Shown here piece after piece: positions 63,866 through 64,000 of a stretch of 64,000 bases of DNA. A program made the translations under genes and the position numbers. The stretch covers positions 352,001-416,000 of the forward strand of contig CAWAIF010000003.1 of the NCBI GenBank assembly GCA_963782055.1. The letters are read 5' to 3'. Numbering within the stretch: position 1 is the first letter of the stretch; each line of letters opens with the position of its first letter. The notes under the pieces were generated by a model. It was given only the letters and a program-made list of their open reading frames with translations. It ran no database searches and had not been told where the DNA came from. Origin of the DNA: an uncultured delta proteobacterium. GTDB lineage: Bacteria > Myxococcota_A > Polyangia > Polyangiales > Polyangiaceae.

Positions 63866-64000
63866 CGGCGGCCGCGGGCCGAGGGAAGGTCATGCATTGA
63901 GCGCGAGTGGGAGGCTCGAGCGATGAATCCGGGTGCTCGGGGTGCCGTATCGTTGGGCACCATGCGAGTCGTCGCCTCCGATCGTCATGACCCGTGCACC

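Overview
This is a very GC-rich bacterial window with about 55 genes. The gene content points to a myxobacterium, probably Polyangiales (inference from the MXAN_5187-type protein, a kinase-ATPase-TPR fusion and many Cys/Asp-rich lipoproteins). Most of it is ordinary: ABC1 kinase, hppD-hmgA with LysR, amidase, yhbY, OPT transporter, pdxH, lgt, tsaE, mpl and hemC. The standout is two candidate peptide-modification (RiPP-like) loci about 15 kb apart, each containing an AMMECR1 domain fused to an alpha/alpha-barrel. Locus 1 (3231-6033) has two tandem small lipoprotein-like peptides sharing GVxxVAYCCF[DE]AxVA, followed by a ferritin-like di-iron protein and the AMMECR1 fusion. Locus 2 (18674-22396) has the AMMECR1 fusion coupled to a PxPxP-terminated YcaO, next to a small lipoprotein-like peptide with a duplicated I[VI]EAPY[FY]D core. 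Other observations: a ~170-bp dispersed repeat in three copies just after stop codons, a probable IS91-like remnant, a mini protein resembling sigma-70 regions 1.1 and 3, a tetraheme cytochrome c, and two apparent +1 frameshifts in the same GGAT(T)C context. I saw no rRNA, tRNA or CRISPR array. All calls come from reading motifs by eye; no database searches were run.
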